Shown piece by piece: positions 12,936 to 27,032 of a DNA stretch of 64,000 nucleotides. A program made the position numbers and the translations under genes. Below the pieces are notes generated by a model. It was not told the origin of the DNA, made no database searches, and saw nothing but the letters and a program-made list of their open reading frames with translations. How positions within the stretch are numbered: position 1 is the first letter of the stretch; each line of letters opens with the position of its first letter. Origin of the DNA: Adineta vaga (Eukaryota > Animalia > Rotifera). The stretch spans positions 20,150,001 through 20,214,000 of the forward strand of contig CP075492.1 in assembly GCA_021613535.1 (NCBI GenBank), written 5' to 3'.

Positions 12936-13959
12936 ATGTCACCGGGATCCCACCGTAATATGGACAAAATCGATGAGATAATCTATCTGGGCAATCTCGA
13001 CGCACTGGTTCACCTGCCCAGATCCTTCACTCATGTTATCAGTGTCCTTAGTGACAAATCGAGTTTGCCAAACGATCGTATTGTACAAGAGCATTTATTC
13101 ATCGAAGCCGAAGATCACCCTGAAGAAGATCTGATGTCACAGTTTGGAATATGCTATGATTTCCTTACCAATGCAATGAGTCAGTATTCCAAGCCAAAAA
13201 TATTCGTCCACTGTCGTGCTGGCATCAGTCGAAGTCCAACGATTGTCATGATGTTTTTAATTAGAAAAAATCGATGGAGTTTTAGCGCAGCTTACGAATA
13301 TTTAAAGAGAAAACGACCGGTGGTTTCTATCAATTCAGGTAAGAATAGTCTAGAGGGAACATTCCAGTCAAAGAAGTCATTTTACTTTGAGCATCATAAG
13401 TTCGAAAAGTAGAAAGGTTATGGAGAATCGAATAGACTAAGCAGAATCATTTGCATGATTTAATGCGCAAAAGCTAAGCGAAATGTTTCTTTCGACTGTC
13501 TGCGTTTTTGGCTTTTATCATTCATAAGAGACAAACATCATTTTCTCATCAACATGCCATTATTGTTCTCAAAGCTAATGTCAAGATTGATGCATTTTTC
13601 GGCTAAAAATAAGCAAAGCGCATCAACCTTTGTTCATGGTCTTTGTTGTGACCAGTAAGATTTTTTCTACGATGAAAAAAACTAAACAGAGGATGAAATA
13701 TCCTCAAAAGAGGCTCATGACGCTTAAATCAGCGTATGAATGTGGTGTATGCTCTGATAAATCTTTTTCTCGCTTATACCTCCGCGAGAATTTAATGCTC
13801 GTTATAAGCAAATATATTCCTGTATTCGTTCTTAAACTCTTTTCCATAGATCAACAGTGTTAGGATTTATCCCTTAGTTTATCTTATGTTATCAATGAAA
13901 GAAAGAAAAGACGAAAAAAAGAACGAGAAGAAGAATCTCTCGTAAGTAAAAGTGACAGG

Positions 13960-14008
<49 letters not shown>

Positions 14009-15107
14009 ACAAAGAGATGGACGAGAAGATATCTTATGATATCATTTTAACAAACGAGTAGTGCCTGGAAAAGATGTATAGGCGATAACAAGAATGAAAG
14101 TGATTTGAAAGACATGTGAGTCATGGACCCGTCACAAACAGAATCAATCTTTATTCAAGGGTTCATGACACTTGATACTAAACCGGGTATTTGTAGATTG
14201 ATGTTATGTAAGTATGAAAAAAGATCCTAAGAACGAAGAAAATAATACAATGATACATCCGTTGGTAACCAGGGACAAACACTCGTATAGTTATAAACGG
14301 AAAAAGGATTTATCAGTGGGTACATCACATTGATAAGCTGATTTAAGTGCCATAAACCTGTTTTACAAGTATATCATTGTCTGCTTTTTTGCAGTGAACT
14401 TCGATATGTTAGTAATAACCTAATCATTTTGATTGGTCAATGTTTCACTATATAGTACGTGATGAAATCCCTAAATCATAATGAGTTAGGGAAACAGATC
14501 ACAGACTCTTGTTTCAAAAAAAGACAAAAGCAGAGTATCATGATTTTCCAAGTCAGTCGTGAGCAGTTTAGTTGAGTGAATATATATCTAAATGAAAGAA
14601 ATTTGCACATCTACATACGCAATAAGTATTACATCTGTCAAGGGCTAATTCCCAAATAAATCACATCTGAAATCACTTTTAATGGTAGAGAAATGACTAT
14701 TAAGAAAAAAGAATTTTTTCTCAAGTTTTTTTGCAAACACCTGTATAAATTTTCGGTTTTGTTCTGATATATCATATTTTGAACAATAAGATGTCAACCA
14801 TAATCGAAATGCTCTAACGAACCTACTCTTTTTGTTTTATATAGGTTTCAAAGAGCAACTGAAGAAATTTGCTACCATGATGAAAAGACTGGAGCCGGGA
14901 TACTATTTTGAAGGTCCAGGTTTTGAAAAAATCTTGGGAAGAAGAGGAGACAGAAAATTGATTCCGTACGAACGAAAATTAAGAAGATCATCGTCATATG
15001 AGTCCAGTTTATACAAGTCGGACTCGGACGAAGAAGATGTTCTTATTGCGTTCGGTTACCTACAAATACAACCGATTTCATTACAAACGGTGGTTGCATA
15101 CTGTTAG
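12936..15107 (+). CDS. Dual-specificity protein phosphatase (atypical DUSP); exons 12936-13338 and 14845-15107
   Basis: IYLG, ED acid loop and HCRAGISRS catalytic motif. GTAAG donor at 13339 and TATAG acceptor at 14844 join to give INSGFKEQL, matching the DUSP NxGFxxQL motif. Confidence 0.93.
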
Positions 15108-16853
15108 GAAGTGATTGACTATGTTAGCGTCAACGGTTGTTACTTTATGACGCTATCTTGTACACATACTTGTATATGTGTTTTCTTTTCTTTCCTCTTC
15201 TATACTTCATTTTAGTCAATACATACACGTTTTCTTTCTTTCTTTTGGATTGTAGCTCTCTCTTGATCATCATGTTTTCATGATGATCTTCTTTGTTATG
15301 TCTTCTCTTTCGTTTTCATCTCTTTCCATCGTGTTATTATTTTTCATTTTTACTTTATTTTCTCTCTCTACGTCTCGTTATACATATAGAGATGTTTTTC
15401 TATTTTCATCTCGGTTATTGTTATTATTTTTTTCTGTCTTTGTTTATCCCCAAATAAACGTGGTCATCAGCATCACTTATCTTCTATTCTTTATTACTGT
15501 GTCTGGTAGGATTATTACTTTATATTTTTGGTGAGATTTCTCGATCATTGTAGTTCTGGCCTTTCGTAGATATCGGAGGTTAGAGTTTTAGTCACATTCC
15601 CATCTCGAGTACCTCACAATTGGTGGAGAAGTTGGACAACTTTCGCCTCGTTCGTCATAGTGCATATATATATATATGTAATCAACTTTACCTAAAATCG
15701 TTGAATTACTGACATAATCTCGAAAAGAAAAATCTCGAAAATATAATGTCGAAAAATAATTCTCATTACGAATGGAACATATGATGGGGAATATGATTTT
15801 GCAGCAAAATCATTTACTTTTAAAGTAAATGAATTTGCAAACAATTAATATTAAGTGACATTATAACTGTAGTGGTCTATGATGTCTATGGAGTCTTTGG
15901 GATCTTTGGAGTCTATGGGGTCTACGGGGTCTTGTGCTCTCAAAGAGATAAGATTTTTCGTGATTCTGTGCGAAGTAGGGGTGTTACTTTATTTTTATTT
16001 TTCTTTAAATAAAGTATAAAGTAACGACAAATCTTTATCTTTATTTTATAAAGAATAAAGATTTTTCTTTATTTTTTATCTTTATTTTTAAAGTAATGAT
16101 TATCTTTATTCTTTAAAAAATAAAGATAAAGAAAATCTTTATATTTATAAAATAAAGATAAAGATAAAACTTTATTTGCAAAATAAAGTTAAAATAAAGA
16201 ATAAAGTTATTTTTTCTTAATTTAGGAAAAATAATTTAATATCTAATATCATCATAATTTTGATAGATTTGTTAAATTCAAGTATCTTATAAAGGAAAGG
16301 AGCTAATACCTTCTCTAATATAAAATTATTATAACGCTTATTGAAAGAGAATTGATATCATCAATATACTCAGTTTGTGATATGTGATATAGATGATCAT
16401 TTTTTTCATCAGAAATACTATCTTCTTTAGTAAAGTTTCAATATATAATCGCTGTTAAGATAAAGTTCGTTATCTAATTTACTAGAAGTATGGATAAAAT
16501 TTTTATATCTATTGTACATCGATGACGTATATGCTATTTTTATATTTAATCAATTTATCTCTATTTACGATTATGCCGTTGTCATATTCGATACATGTGT
16601 ATATATGTAGATAATTCATTACATTATTATAATATAATCAGCTGCATTCTTTATGTTTCATATTACACAATGAGCAATGCTTGCAATGTGTTGTTTAACT
16701 GATATATTTAAACTCGTAGTTCATTCATAAATCAAACTAATGAGATAGATCAGTCTATTATAGGGTATCAAGTGCATTTTCAGTACATAACAGAACAAGG
16801 CACACTCTTGGCGAGAGAGAGAGGAAAGTAAAAATTTTGTTCGTACATCTTAA

Positions 16854-18627
16854 CACATTCACTACGATGGGACCCACCGGTGGGTCCCACGTTTTATTAA
16901 CAATGAACTCAATAGGAAAATGCTTCTTTTCATATTTTTTTCATAGTTAAAGACCACATATCATGTGTCATTAGTTCTGCCTTCGATACTATTTAATCAT
17001 TTATTGAATAGTGCGATGCTTTTCATTAAAACAATCAAGACACAAAAGGTTTTTACTTTCTTTGCAGCCGCATGACCGGCTTCTCTTGATTGTTGTTGTC
17101 GGCTGGTTTTCTCATAGCAGTCAGCACAGCGTCTTCGGACATCGCGAGCAGATCCTTCTTTTTCTTCGAACATGTGATCAGCGAGTTTGCGCTTCGATTG
17201 ACTTTCTGAGACACGTGTAATATGCTGATAGTTGATCAGATAAATCAGTCCCTTGTCTTCCTTCGTTGTAATCTAATACAACTTGAGGCTTCATAATGCG
17301 CTCATTTTGAAAATTTGTTTTTCCACTGTCTACTACACTTGCTGAATGTGACCGTCTTGCAGATATTATCAAGACATCGTTTTTGTCTTTCCACCTGATT
17401 AATTGAATTCCATCTTTATTCTGAAGTCCATCAATCTCTCCACGACTAATGTTTTCTTCAAGAACTTTATTTCCTGATCCAACACGATTACTTCGTAGTG
17501 TACCAATGAGATAAGTATCATGTTCCAACAAATATTTTGCAAGAGAAATAGTGGTATAGAAATTATCAGCTACGACGGTTCGATAACATCCATCAAGACC
17601 ATCTAGTAGTTTCATTACTACTGTTTGAGCATGTCCGACACCTGCCGTTGAATCTTGCTCACTAGTATAGATTACATAATTCCAAGTGTATCCGTTGGTA
17701 GCCGATAATTTGTACATCTTTATACCATACTTGTGCGCTTTACCAGGTATATATTGCCTGAATAAAAGTCTGTCTCGCCATGGTATCATTGTTTCGTCAA
17801 TACTAATGACTGAGCCAGGCATATATACTGATGAAAATCTCTCTTTCAGTAGATCCGAGAGTGGTTTCAACTTGATCAGCCTGTCCTCATTTGAGTTCTC
17901 CTTATTGTTGTTCGAAAAATGCCAAAAGTTGAGGAGTAGTTCGAATCTCTCTCTCTCTCTCGACATAGTCTTTCGAATAATCTCTAATCCGTACAACTGA
18001 CTACTGCTCCAGTAGTGATTCAGCTGCGGCATTGGCACTAAACCCATCTCAATAATAATCTCAAAGTACTTGAATATTTCTTCACGAGTGGTTGGTATCC
18101 ATTGACGATATTTGGACCGTCTGCTAATCTGATGGGCTCGTAAGTATTGTTCTGCATATCGATTAGTCTCACGAACCATAAGATCGATAATTTCGTCCGT
18201 GATGAAATGTCGATAACAATCGAGAGGGTTGACCATATGATCTTCCGAAGCAGAAGTTACTTCTTCGACGGAGCTTTCAATATCAACGTGCATTCTATCC
18301 AGATCATCATTCAACAAACTTAGGTCACTAAGTGAACCAGCACTCTTGTCTGTATCGGTTTCTTCGAACGACATGTAAATAACTCGAAAAGTTCGGCTGC
18401 TTTTATAGGCAAAATCACAGATACAAAATAAGTAGGAAAAAACCAAAATTTTCGCTCTGAGTCAAAGCCTCTGACTCATGGCATGTGGTTATACGAAGAG
18501 GAGAATGATGAATAACCCATAGAGGATAGTGAAAAGGTCACTTCGTGCATTTATTAGAAGTTACCAACTGACAGGTATAGATATTTTGAACACTTTCTTT
18601 CGAGAAAAACGAATCGTGGTGAATGTG
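16854..18627 (-). mobile_element. piggyBac element (CAC-type ends), transposase 17178-~18374 internally deleted near the C terminus
   Basis: TTAA at 16850-16853 and 18628-18631. TIR CACATTCACTACGAT. SIDETM, ADNFY and GTDLSDQ motifs. Confidence 0.93.
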
Positions 18628-18899
18628 TTAATAAAACATCCTATTCGTAGATGAATACAATCATAACTTGTATTTTCTGATTAATTACTTAATAATGAAA
18701 CCTATCGCTTTCTAATGTTGTCACAAATATCTAGTGAAGAATGGTGTACGTTAACAAATACGAGGTGAGGCATGTTTACCATATAATCATAAGGATGTCC
18801 TTAGTAATCCTCATTTTTACCAATATCTGTGTCTCGAATAGTTACAGATCAATAGCATTCGACAAATGGTATAAGTGATAGAAAAATCACGTTTTCTGA

Positions 18900-19893
18900 T
18901 AGATAGTTGAACCTACATGAATGAATGAGTATTGGGGTATCCTAACAGTTGGTCACGCCCAAATACAATTCATCAAAACAAGAGTTATCTTTTCCATTAC
19001 ATCACAAACACAAACGTAAAGATGAAAATTATTTGTCCACATCGTTTTCTCAATTAGATGAAATTGATACATTAGATATCGAACAAACAATATTAGATGC
19101 ATTTGATGAATCAATAAGGCTCGTGAAACAATCAAGAATGTTAGATTTATTAAGCAAATTTAATCTTGATAATACTAATAGTTTAAGTCAATATATTTTT
19201 GATACATTAAAGAAAAATTCTAAAATGATTAATTATTCTTCGCCGATAGAAGTTGATATTAATGAAGAATTTGGATTAGATGAAGAAAATGAAGATGATG
19301 ATAATAAAAATCTTACTGAAGATGAAGTTGCTGATGAAAGTCAGATTGGGTCTGATAATGATTCTCTCAGTGAAGATGAGTAGGATTCGTTAAATTCAAC
19401 GAAATCAGAATTCGATGGTGTACGAATACTTGATGCTTGCAATGCAGCATCGAGACAATCTTATTTCAAAGTTAAAATCAATGGAAACATCAAATATCTA
19501 CACAAACAAACCGCGTGCTGGTTCATATCTAATAATTCGTCAAAGTTATCCAGTGATCGTTTGTCTCGTGTTAAACAACAAATGACCGAGAATAATTAAC
19601 AAACATAATACATACCTATTTTTGTGTTTAACTAATCATTTATTAACCGTGTCGTTGAACAATAAGCCCGTCTCTATCTTACAACTTCATTATTTCTATG
19701 ATTTCTTACACTATTCTTTTGATCTCTTTTTAGATTAACAACACTTTAACGCAAATACAAAGGTTTTAATGTATTTCGGTATACTTTGTCGTATTTTAAG
19801 GTGCCAGGCGTACTTTGAGGTACTTTCAACTACTTTCAGGTACTGTGAACTACTTTTACACTTTTGGGCTTAAAGTCCGCTGTTTCCCCCTTG
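18900..19893 (+). pseudogene. Degenerate C-terminal transposase remnant, possibly P-element/Galileo-like
   Basis: Acidic ORF 18949-19383 continues past a stop into YFKVKIN..YLHKQTACW..KLSSDRLSRV. Possible terminus ...TTTCCCCCTTG at 19893. Family assignment from memory. Confidence 0.45.
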
Positions 19894-20307
19894 CATCTAT
19901 GCCATAGTCGTTGACAGTCATGAATCATCGCTAACAAGGGTGACACTTAGAATGTCACTTGCTCTCCTCTGCACTCTCTCCTGAGAGCTAGACATATATA
20001 TATTTCGATCAAAGGGAAAAAACCAACATACTAAGAACTATAGGAGAAGTCCCAGCTATACATATGTCAAACGTCATATACATAGAAGGGAAAGAACGAA
20101 AGAAGAGAATATGGAAATGTCCATAGAACGATAAATAACCTGTATCCTAACAGTGACTCATAGTTCATTTTCGAGTATAAAAAGAGCTTGCTCAACGCAT
20201 TCATCATTTCATTTGATCAACTTTCTCACATCACCTCAACGTGCTTATTCTCTCGAATCAACTAAACAAAAAAAGTTCTTCCTCATTCATCAAATCGAAC
20301 TTTCATA

Positions 20308-21287
20308 ATGGCATCTAATACTGCATTTAATAATGACCAACATGTAATATTATTCAAATATTTTTTTCATCTCTTAACATATTTTAATTGTAGATGAATA
20401 CGCCAGTTGCTATCCTAATTCCAATTCCAGCTATGATGCTTCCAGTTTTATTTCTGGGACCACAGTTTGTTCTGCCACAAAACGTTCAATGTTGTATGTA
20501 TTGTGGACAGAAAAGTCAGTCGTCTATAATTGAAAAAGAAGAAAAAAAGGTAGATGATGATGTTATATTCATAAAGGAAGAAAAAAAGGTAGATGATGAT
20601 GTTATATTCATAAAGGAAGGAAAGAGAATTAAGAACATCAAAAAGATTTGTTCTTCATCTATCTATCATTGAAAAAGTTGTATCATGGCTATCTTCTATT
20701 CCTTTAAATTCTTCTGTTCCTGATTATGATCTTGATGATGTTCTATTATTACAGTATTTTTCGGATACTTTTTGTTAAAGCTGTTGTTTTCTCTTTGTTT
20801 TCTCTTTACTCGTGATTGTTACTAATACTCTATGGATTTCTTTCTTTTTGTTGATTTTTCTGTGGTGTATCCACGTGTTCTCTTTCTATTTTCTTTCATT
20901 TGGTGACTTCATCGTTATCTTGTACTGTTAGGATCATATGATCGCAGTTATCAGCAAAATAAAAAAAAAAAGGAAGAAAAAAAGGTAGATGATGATGTTA
21001 TATTCATAAAGGAAGAAAAACACGACGATGTAGATATTTACAGCGACATTAAAATGGATGATTTATTTGAACAATTTGACACCGATGAACGTCAATTAAA
21101 TCACATTAATAATAATTACTGTAATAACTATTCACCAATTTCTACGTTCTATAATGGAAATGCAGAACTGAATCCATCGAATTTTAATGAATATCGAGAT
21201 CAATTTTTAAATAATCACATGGAAAAATGTTTCAATGACATCGATGAAGTGGTACAATACTTAAACAACGATATTAGTTTTGTCTGA
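20308..21287 (+). pseudogene. Unknown low-complexity protein gene with 39-bp (EEKKVDDDVIFIK) repeats, interrupted by a 357-bp insertion
   Basis: Putative short first exon plus intron ending TAG at 20393. Removing 20620-20976 fuses ORF 20394 in frame with ORF 21054-21287. Confidence 0.55.
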
Positions 21288-21920
21288 ATCTAAAAAAAAA
21301 ATCAAACTATGCAATGAACTCTTACGATACATGTGTAAATATATGTTTATATGTATTAGACATGATTTATGGTAAAGATTTCTAACAGTAAAAATTTATC
21401 ATATCATATATTATTCATAGTTAGTGTTCTTATGTGTTAAAATGTACTTTTTAAAATTAAATAAAAATAATAAATAATCTATGTTATATATGCAAAAATG
21501 GGATATTCTATGACTTCCAACATCATCAAATTCACACAATGCTTCAAATCTATCTGTTGCAATAGATGCAAAAAATGGAAATTTGTCACTCAGTAATAAA
21601 AACTTGTTGTGACAGACTTAGAAATTTTAAATGAATTATGAGCATTCTTTTTCAAGTATAATTTTCATAATTTTTTTTCTAGCGTAACTTGGTCTATAAT
21701 ATCGGAGATATTCTTTTTTTCACAGTTCAGTGGAAGGTGTTAAATGAGTGCTTTTTCGTATATTTACTTGCGAACGATAAAACATATATCAATGGAAATA
21801 AAAATAACGATTCAATCAAATCTTCTTTAACATCGCATGTCGCTAGAACTCGATTATTATTTCTTTCATATTTATGTCGTACAATTTTTGATAAGTTCCT
21901 TACAATATTTCGAAAGACCA

Positions 21921-22277
21921 CACTGTAAATAAAAAAGTTGCAGTACCGAACCCGTCGAAAAGGTTTCGTAGATTCTAAAAACTTAAGAATGCGACGACAG
22001 ATTGAATACAATGCTTTTCAAAATCTACGAAACCTAGAAAGGATCTGACGGTGGGCACAATCTCCAGACCATCGTCTGGGAAACTATTCTAAGTTCCGCA
22101 AAGCTAAAAAAGGTTTTCGTAAACGATGGTTCGGAAACTGTGCCCACCGTCAGATCCTTTCTAGGTTTCGTAGATTTTAAAAACCATTGCATTCGATTTA
22201 TCGTCGCATTCTAAAGCTTTTATAATCTACAGAACATTTTCGACGGGTTCGGTAGTGCACTTTTTTAGTTATACTGT
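21921..22277. mobile_element. Fold-back MITE with CACTG-type (CMC/EnSpm-like) end
   Basis: ~140-bp imperfect inverted repeats (CCGAACCCGTCGAAA..GAAAGGATCTGACGGTGGGCACA and its reverse complement). Starts CACTGTAAATAAAAAA. Confidence 0.75.
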
Positions 22278-22931
22278 AGTTTCAATATAAGTTGGTAGTT
22301 ACAATCTGACTTTTGTAATTGAGATGTGTCAGTATATTTCAACTCAGTTTCTTCGCCATATATCAGATTCGATACATCTTACATTCTAAGTTAGAATGAT
22401 CTTCAAAGTTAATAGTATATGATTGACGCCGTTGTGTGACAGATGTCTCCATAATGATGGTTAAATTATTCGTCGGATAATCCCATGGAAGCGTCATATT
22501 ATTGCAGGATTTTAATTCCGTCGTATCCAAATGGAACGTCATCGAATTACATGGCTTGGGAGTAAATAATCGACCATTGTTTAGATCGAAAGAGTTAATA
22601 AAAAATGAATGGAATAGTGGAAGGCGTCCGGTAAACTTATCAACTCAATATTAAATAATTTCACTAATATATTCCCCAAACTATGATCAAAAATATTTAA
22701 AATTTGGAATTGAAAATTCGTTTGTTCAGGTTCTTCCAATAAATAGCTTTTGTGCAACTCAGATTTATTTTTTGAAGAAAAATAAGTGAGCGTAAGGTTT
22801 AAATCCAGAAAAATATGGCACCCACCGACACCCTTACACCTACACCATATTGAATAGCACACAAAACTATTTATATTTATATTTTTGTCCACGTGCGACT
22901 GTTGAAGGTGAAATGTGTAACTAATGTTAAG

Positions 22932-24424
22932 AACTAGTAACGCTCGTCGAGGCAGACTCGCTTAACCCTCGACTGAAGAATTGACGAATGGAATTTGTTG
23001 ATTAGTTTTCCTATAATGCTTTTCTTTGCAAGTGCATATTTTTATAAACCAGGTATACTTGTTGAAGTAATCATTTGCTCCAACGTCCAATTTCTCATCA
23101 ACAAATATTTTTCCTTCTGGATCTAATCATTCGAGAGTATTCAAAGCATGAAAACTCTCATGTATTGTATTAACAATGAATCTAACATCAACGTTTACCC
23201 GTTCCTCGGTCTTTCTCCGACTGTTACCTCATAACTATCCGTTGCGATCCATAGTTTATTCTCGTGGCCAGCATAACTTGAATTACAATTAAAACACCAG
23301 AGAACTTATCCACCTATCGTACATAGATACGCGCTCAAATGACAGAATCGATTCAGTTATTTTGAAAGCTCATCCGAAACAGTTTAGGCTCAATACTCGA
23401 CGTTTTATTTTAAAACGGCTTGTTCGATAAGCGACTGGTCGTTCGTCGGTCTCCCTCCGGTCGACCACTCACGGCCAGTCGTTCCCAGGTTTCCCCCACA
23501 ATCAATCGTTCCCTCGTGGTTAAATTTCAGACGCAACAACTGCACTCAACTTTCAATCTTTTATCAGTTTGATTCTGAAAAACACTGTAAAGTGCGAAAG
23601 ATTTGTTAGATGTGTCCGTTTAAAAACACATTATGCAATGACTTTGCACAGATATTTTCGTTCCTTAGAGGTTTTCATGAATATAATATGGAAGAGTGAG
23701 CCAAAAACAAAACCAGTCATTTTTACAGATCGCTCAAAAAACACTCCTCCAGTTAGATTCACAATTACATCTTCTACATTGTAGTACATTTGAGTTTTTA
23801 ACGTACAAAACCGTTTACCGGTACCACTATAAGTACGATCTGAAGACTCAGTGGTACCCCCTAGTTTGGGACTTAAAGATTCTCTGTATATGGAAAAACC
23901 TGACCTGTGACATACGATAGATCTACATAGATGTAAACGAATTTCTGTTTTTTTCGTCACTTTTTTCGACACGATACCCTCCTTTCGGTCGACGGAGAGA
24001 GATCCTGAGAAAAGTTCGAAAAACTGACATCAAAATCGTGATCCTCGACTTCGATTACCCTTTGGTCAAGTTTTATAGAAAATATTAATAGTTGTTAATT
24101 AACTAGCTAATTAATTAATAATTAGTTAAAACTAACCTCATATTCGCGATCCTTGACCTCGATTACCCTTTAGTCAAGTTTAAAAAAAAATGTTAATAAT
24201 TAATAATTAATAAGCTAATTAGTTAATAATTAGTCAAAACTAACATCAAATTCGTCATCCCTGACCTCGATTACCCTCTTGGTTAAGTTTTATTGTGATT
24301 ACCGAAAAAATCTAGTTTTATGACCTTTGAACTTTGACCTTTGACCCTGACACCCACAAACAAACAGACATACAAACTATTTTTTTTCATATGACCCTCC
24401 TTTCAGTCGAGGGAATAAACAAAA
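22932..24424 (+). mobile_element. Helentron-associated (HINE/DINE-1-like) non-autonomous element 1
   Basis: Subterminal IR CCCTCGACTGAA (22966) / TTCAGTCGAGGG (24402). Three 108-bp tandem units (24021, 24129, 24237), ACAA/ACAG microsatellite and a 3' stem-loop. Confidence 0.7.
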
Positions 24425-24920
24425 CCTCATCTCGAAAAAAGCAAATATTGTTTCATTTGTGACGAACGTTTCATTCTGCTGAACGTAATAAATTGGATCT
24501 GAAATAGAATTCATAGCTACATTTTCAATCAGAACAAAAAACAGATACAACGTCTATTTGTTTTTTGAACTGGGAAAAGAATTACTTACCAATAGAGTTA
24601 AAATATGAAAAACAAATAATACGTTTCTGTGGATAGGTTAGAAAAGTCAATATAATAAACAATAATCTGACAAAGCGTATAGTTTAATATAATTATTAAG
24701 TTGACAACTCAAAAATAACGATTGATAAACATTGGACTTATATTTAGTTGATTATTTATTTCTAATAGAAGTTTGAATCAGTCAGTACTGGATATTTTTT
24801 ACAAAATTGATATTGAAAACAAACAGAAATATAAATAATTCGATCAATATCATCAACAAAATAAATATAAAAGACGATTATGAATTTTAAACATAAAACC
24901 TATAGAACTTCAGTATTTAA

Positions 24921-27032
24921 CACATTCGAGGCGATTCAATTTTGGTAAAAAAAATTTTTTATTGATTGATTTTCATGTATATTTATCGTCGATAAATACA
25001 CTCATTGACCTTTTCAGTGAGTACAATAATTTTTTTTCTTTCGTCTTGTTAATATTCACATGTAGATTATCCTCTTTCTCATCGCATCTGCTAATTGTTT
25101 ACGTTTGTTTTTTTTTGTATATGTATTACGCAGTAGAAACGAGATAGTGAAATAAAATTTCGTTTTTTTCTTTTGCGTTCTCTTTGTAACATTATCTATG
25201 ATTCTTTTCTCTCATTTATATCAAAATAACTGAGGTTTTACGCTGATTTATATGTCGTCTGAAGAAACGAATACAGAAAATAGTGAAAACTCACTGAGTG
25301 ACGTGAGTTCCTTAGATAATAATTTTGCTGCAATGCAGTTCGAATCTTCAAGTTCCGACGAAGAAGTTACTGATGATGACTTAGATTCACAAGTCTGGAA
25401 TGAAATAGAACAAGAATCGGATGGTGAATTTCTAGAAGATCATGGAATCGTCGAAGAAATAACACCAACTTCGGAAGATAATACAATCAATCCTGTTGAT
25501 TGCTATCGACATTTTATTACTGACGAAATTATTAGTCTAATGGTTCGTGAAACGAATCGATATGCACAACAACACTTAAAAAACCAAGAACTTAGCAAAC
25601 GATCAAAAACCCTTCAATGGAAACCAAATACTCATGAAGAAATGCTAAAATTTTTGGGAATTATTATTCAGATGGGTTTGGTACAAAATGCCGAAAGTGG
25701 ACTATTACTGGAGTAAAAGTCAACTGTATGGATCGAAAATTATTCAAAACACAATGTCGAGAGACAAATTTGAATTACTTCTCAAGTTCTTTCATTTTTC
25801 GAACAACGAGGAAAACGATAGAAATCAAGACAGACTAGCGAAGTTGAATCCACTTTTGATCCTACTGAAAGCTAGATTTAAGTCGATTTATATGCCTTGT
25901 CCTGTCGTTACGGTTGATGAAACAATGGTACCGTGGCGAGGTCGACTCTCCTTCAAGCAATACATTCCAGGCAAAGCCCACAAATATGGAGTTAAAATGT
26001 ACAAAGCAGCAGACACCAATGGATATACTTGGAATTTTGTAATTTATACAGGAAAACAAAATCCAGTGGCTAACCTCGGACACTCCCAAACAGTTACCAT
26101 ACAATTATTAGAAGATCTTTTTGGATGTTATCGAACTGTAGTAGCTGACAATTTTTTTACGAATATTGCTCTCGCCAAACAATTATTGGAAAATGATACC
26201 TACCTCATTGGAACACTGAGAAGTAATCGTGTTAAATCCGGTAAAGAAGTTGTCCAGAAACAGCTCAAGAAAGGCGAAACTTATGGACTGCAGAACGGCG
26301 ATGGTATTAAGTTGATCAAATGGAAAGATAAAAGAGAAGTTTTGATGATATCTACCCTCTCATACATCTTCGCTCGTGGACATTAGAAAAACCACGTCAT
26401 CTAACGAACGGGTTATGAAACCAAAAGTTGTACTCGATTACAATAAAGGAAGACAAGGTACAGATTTGTCGGATCAACTATCGGCGTACTACACATGTCT
26501 AAGGCGATCGATAAAATGGTACCAAAGGGTGGCATTTGAATTGATATTTGGAACATCAATAGTGAATAGTTATTTGATATACAAGGAAAACTATGCAACA
26601 GATGACATAACGATCCTGCAGTTCCGTGAGAGTGTCGTGCGATCTTTACTCCTTGGTGTATCTATTGAAAATCTGAAACCCGGTCCAAGACAACAATCGA
26701 CAGGTCATCTGAAACGCAAACTAGCTGATCATAAGCTAGAGGAAATAGAAGGATATGCACGCAATGTTCGAAGACGCTGCACCGGCTGTTATGAAGAAGG
26801 AAGGAAAGTACAATCAAGAGAAGCGAGATATGCGGCAGCAAAAAAAGTAAAAACTTTTTGTTCTGAATGTGATAAGTTTTTTTGTATTGAATGTTTTAAC
26901 AAGAAGCATCGTGTTATGAAATAAAATATTTAACCTTTTGCCGAAGAAAAACGCAGAAGAAAGTGTTTTTCCCTACAGTTTCTTCTTAAAATATAGCGTG
27001 GCCCACCGGTGGGCCACATCGCCTCGAATGTG
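24921..27032 (+). mobile_element. piggyBac element, full length, transposase split by two frameshifts (25252-26924)
   Basis: TTAA at 24917-24920 and 27033-27036. TIR CACATTCGAGGCGAT, DDD motifs and a Cys-rich C terminus. Related to the element at 16854. Confidence 0.95.

Larger units (their letters stand above)
1120..15779 (+). repeat. Left arm of outer inverted duplication (~14.7 kb)
   Basis: Reverse complement of 39951-56672 apart from a piggyBac insertion, SNPs and microsatellite lengths. The DUSP, transposase and peptide ORFs all mirror. Confidence 0.95.

Noticed and set aside
13339-13412. C terminus of the 158-aa DUSP ORF as predicted by the ORF track
   Set aside because: Read-through into an intron. 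The true C terminus is the exon at 14845-15107.
15870-16220. 9-bp GGRGTCTWT repeats and AATAAAGAT-rich tract as telomeric or terminal repeats
   Set aside because: Short and degenerate with no matching partner end found, so it cannot be assigned.
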